From a bacterium (GTDB lineage Bacteria > Hinthialibacterota > Hinthialibacteria > Hinthialibacterales > Hinthialibacteraceae), in contig CAXXSM010000076.1 in the NCBI GenBank assembly GCA_963663405.2, positions 112,779-176,778 on the forward strand: a stretch of DNA of 64,000 bases, read 5' to 3'. Shown one piece after another: positions 62,532 through 64,000 of the stretch. Each line of letters starts with the position of its first letter. The first letter of the stretch is position 1. A model generated the notes under the pieces. That model was not told the DNA's origin. It worked only from the letters and a program-made list of their open reading frames with translations, and did no database searches. Both the position numbers and the translations under genes were made by a program.

Positions 62532-63782
62532 CTAGATAGTAGTTACAACCTGGGATTCCTTGATGTAATCTGGATCGATTTCAAGACCGAAGCCCGGTCC
62601 CGTGGGGGTCTTAATGATTCCATTCACACATTTTAATGGTGAAGTTTCACAATGAAATGGAATGTCGCTCATCCCTTTGTATTCCATGTGAGGCGCGGCG
62701 TTGGGGATGTAGGAACAGAAATGAAGCGAATTGACATATCCCATACCCGATCCGGACATGTGAGGCGTACATGGGAGTCCGGCTTTCGCGGCCATGAGCG
62801 CGACACGTGTCGAGCGGATCAAACCACCGAAATAATGAAGGTCCGGTTGAACGACGTCTACTACGCGATTTAAAATCGACCAACGGAATCGCCGCAGGCT
62901 GAATTCCTGTTCTCCCCCAGCGACTGGGATTGTCAGTGTATCCGTCACTTTCTTGGTTTCCCATAAATCATCAAATGGACAGGGTTCTTCAAAGAAGGCG
63001 TATTTGTATTCTTCCATCATGCGCCCGATGCGGATCGCGTTGGTTGCGTCATACGAACTATTCGCGTCGGCGTACAGTGTCATCTTATCGCCGAAGACAT
63101 CACGAACCATTGGAATCAGCGCCTCGGTTCGCTCTGGAAGCGAATCTCGATTGTTGCTCATTCTTCCACCAAGCCGGAATTTGATCGCTTTCGCGCCGGT
63201 TTCTTCCACCAGTTTTTGCAGGTATTCAATTTCTTCTTCCGGACGGTTGCCTCGATTGCCACTCGCGCGGTAGACCGCGATTTCACCTTGTTTCACCCCA
63301 CCGAACATCTGACCGATCGATAATCCAGAGATCCTGCCCAGCATTTCTAAAATCGCCATTTCCGCCGCCGCCACGCATATCCAAAACGCCAAGCCCTGGA
63401 ATTTATAATTACTTCCTTGGCGGTACATTTCTCCGAACAGCGTTTCTATCTCCCGCGCGTCCTTTCCGATCCAAAATGGAGCGACGCGGTTTATAAAGAT
63501 CGGATAAGTGTCTCGCATCCGGCTTGAATTGGCGGCGATGACGCCTTCCGCTCCATTCGTGGAACGAATCCGAACGAGAAATTCGTTTCCATTCCGGAGC
63601 AGTTCCATAGATTTGATCGTGACCGCTTCACGGATTCCTTCGAGATGAAGAAGCGGTCCGGCGGCGGCGCGGTCCAGATCGTCTATCGTTATTGTGTTAG
63701 AATCGCTGGCCAAGGTTTTCTTGGAGATCATGAATGGGATGATTCCAGCGGTGGAAAGAAACGAACGCCTTGTTGTTTTCAT
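62532..63782 (-). CDS. Tat-exported mandelate racemase/muconate lactonizing enzyme family protein
   Basis: TRRSFL; KAIKFR, YADANSSY, FFEEP, AGGE, VQPD, TPH, PTGPGFG. Confidence 0.88.
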   Translation of the reverse strand: MKTTRRSFLSTAGIIPFMISKKTLASDSNTITIDDLDRAAAGPLLHLEGIREAVTIKSMELLRNGNEFLVRIRSTNGAEGVIAANSSRMRDTYPIFINRVAPFWIGKDAREIETLFGEMYRQGSNYKFQGLAFWICVAAAEMAILEMLGRISGLSIGQMFGGVKQGEIAVYRASGNRGNRPEEEIEYLQKLVEETGAKAIKFRLGGRMSNNRDSLPERTEALIPMVRDVFGDKMTLYADANSSYDATNAIRIGRMMEEYKYAFFEEPCPFDDLWETKKVTDTLTIPVAGGEQEFSLRRFRWSILNRVVDVVQPDLHYFGGLIRSTRVALMAAKAGLPCTPHMSGSGMGYVNSLHFCSYIPNAAPHMEYKGMSDIPFHCETSPLKCVNGIIKTPTGPGFGLEIDPDYIKESQVVTTI

Positions 63783-64000
63783 TGGTGAATCCTTTCAATC
63801 CTGCAGGTGAGTGTTCGTATACAGTGTCTTTTTAACATCGATCGCCCATGAAAAAAAGGGAATCAAACGAAACACGCGGCTCAATCTTTTAATAGTATAT
63901 ATGGACACTCGTTACATTTATGAGATAATCGGATTCATTAGAATACGTTCATCGAATGTAGGAGGCGTATTGATGGTGAAGGCTCTGTTTATTCCCATTC

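Noticed and set aside
63815-63825. CGTATACA upstream of the enolase-family gene as another LacI site
   Set aside because: Only a half-site matches, too weak to call.

Overview
A 64 kb stretch of chromosome from a Gram-negative-type (outer-membrane porin present), glycan-scavenging bacterium. The pilin-like paralogues and secretome resemble candidate phylum OLB16/Hinthialibacterota, but that placement is inference only. I found no rRNA, tRNA, CRISPR array, integrase or transposase. Content: many Sec/Tat-exported enzymes, four prepilin-type paralogues, three LTD-CotH kinases, a LacI-associated sugar locus, xylA, lhr, an ACT-porin-liv-paaK cluster and an ECF sigma cassette. Main hunt results: (1) a shared C-terminal motif, [VI]x[ND]Wx[LIV][YFH], on six signal-peptide proteins from four unrelated families, a candidate undescribed sorting/anchoring signal possibly tied to the pilin-like genes; (2) a hidden selenoprotein (UGA in a UxxC redoxin motif plus a SECIS-like hairpin) that joins two called ORFs; (3) a repeated ACGTATAC operator that links a pilin-like gene to a sugar locus; (4) REP-like hairpins with compensatory changes flanking the ECF cassette; (5) two tandem duplications. 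Several genes are split by single-base slips, mostly in homopolymers, which are most likely assembly errors.
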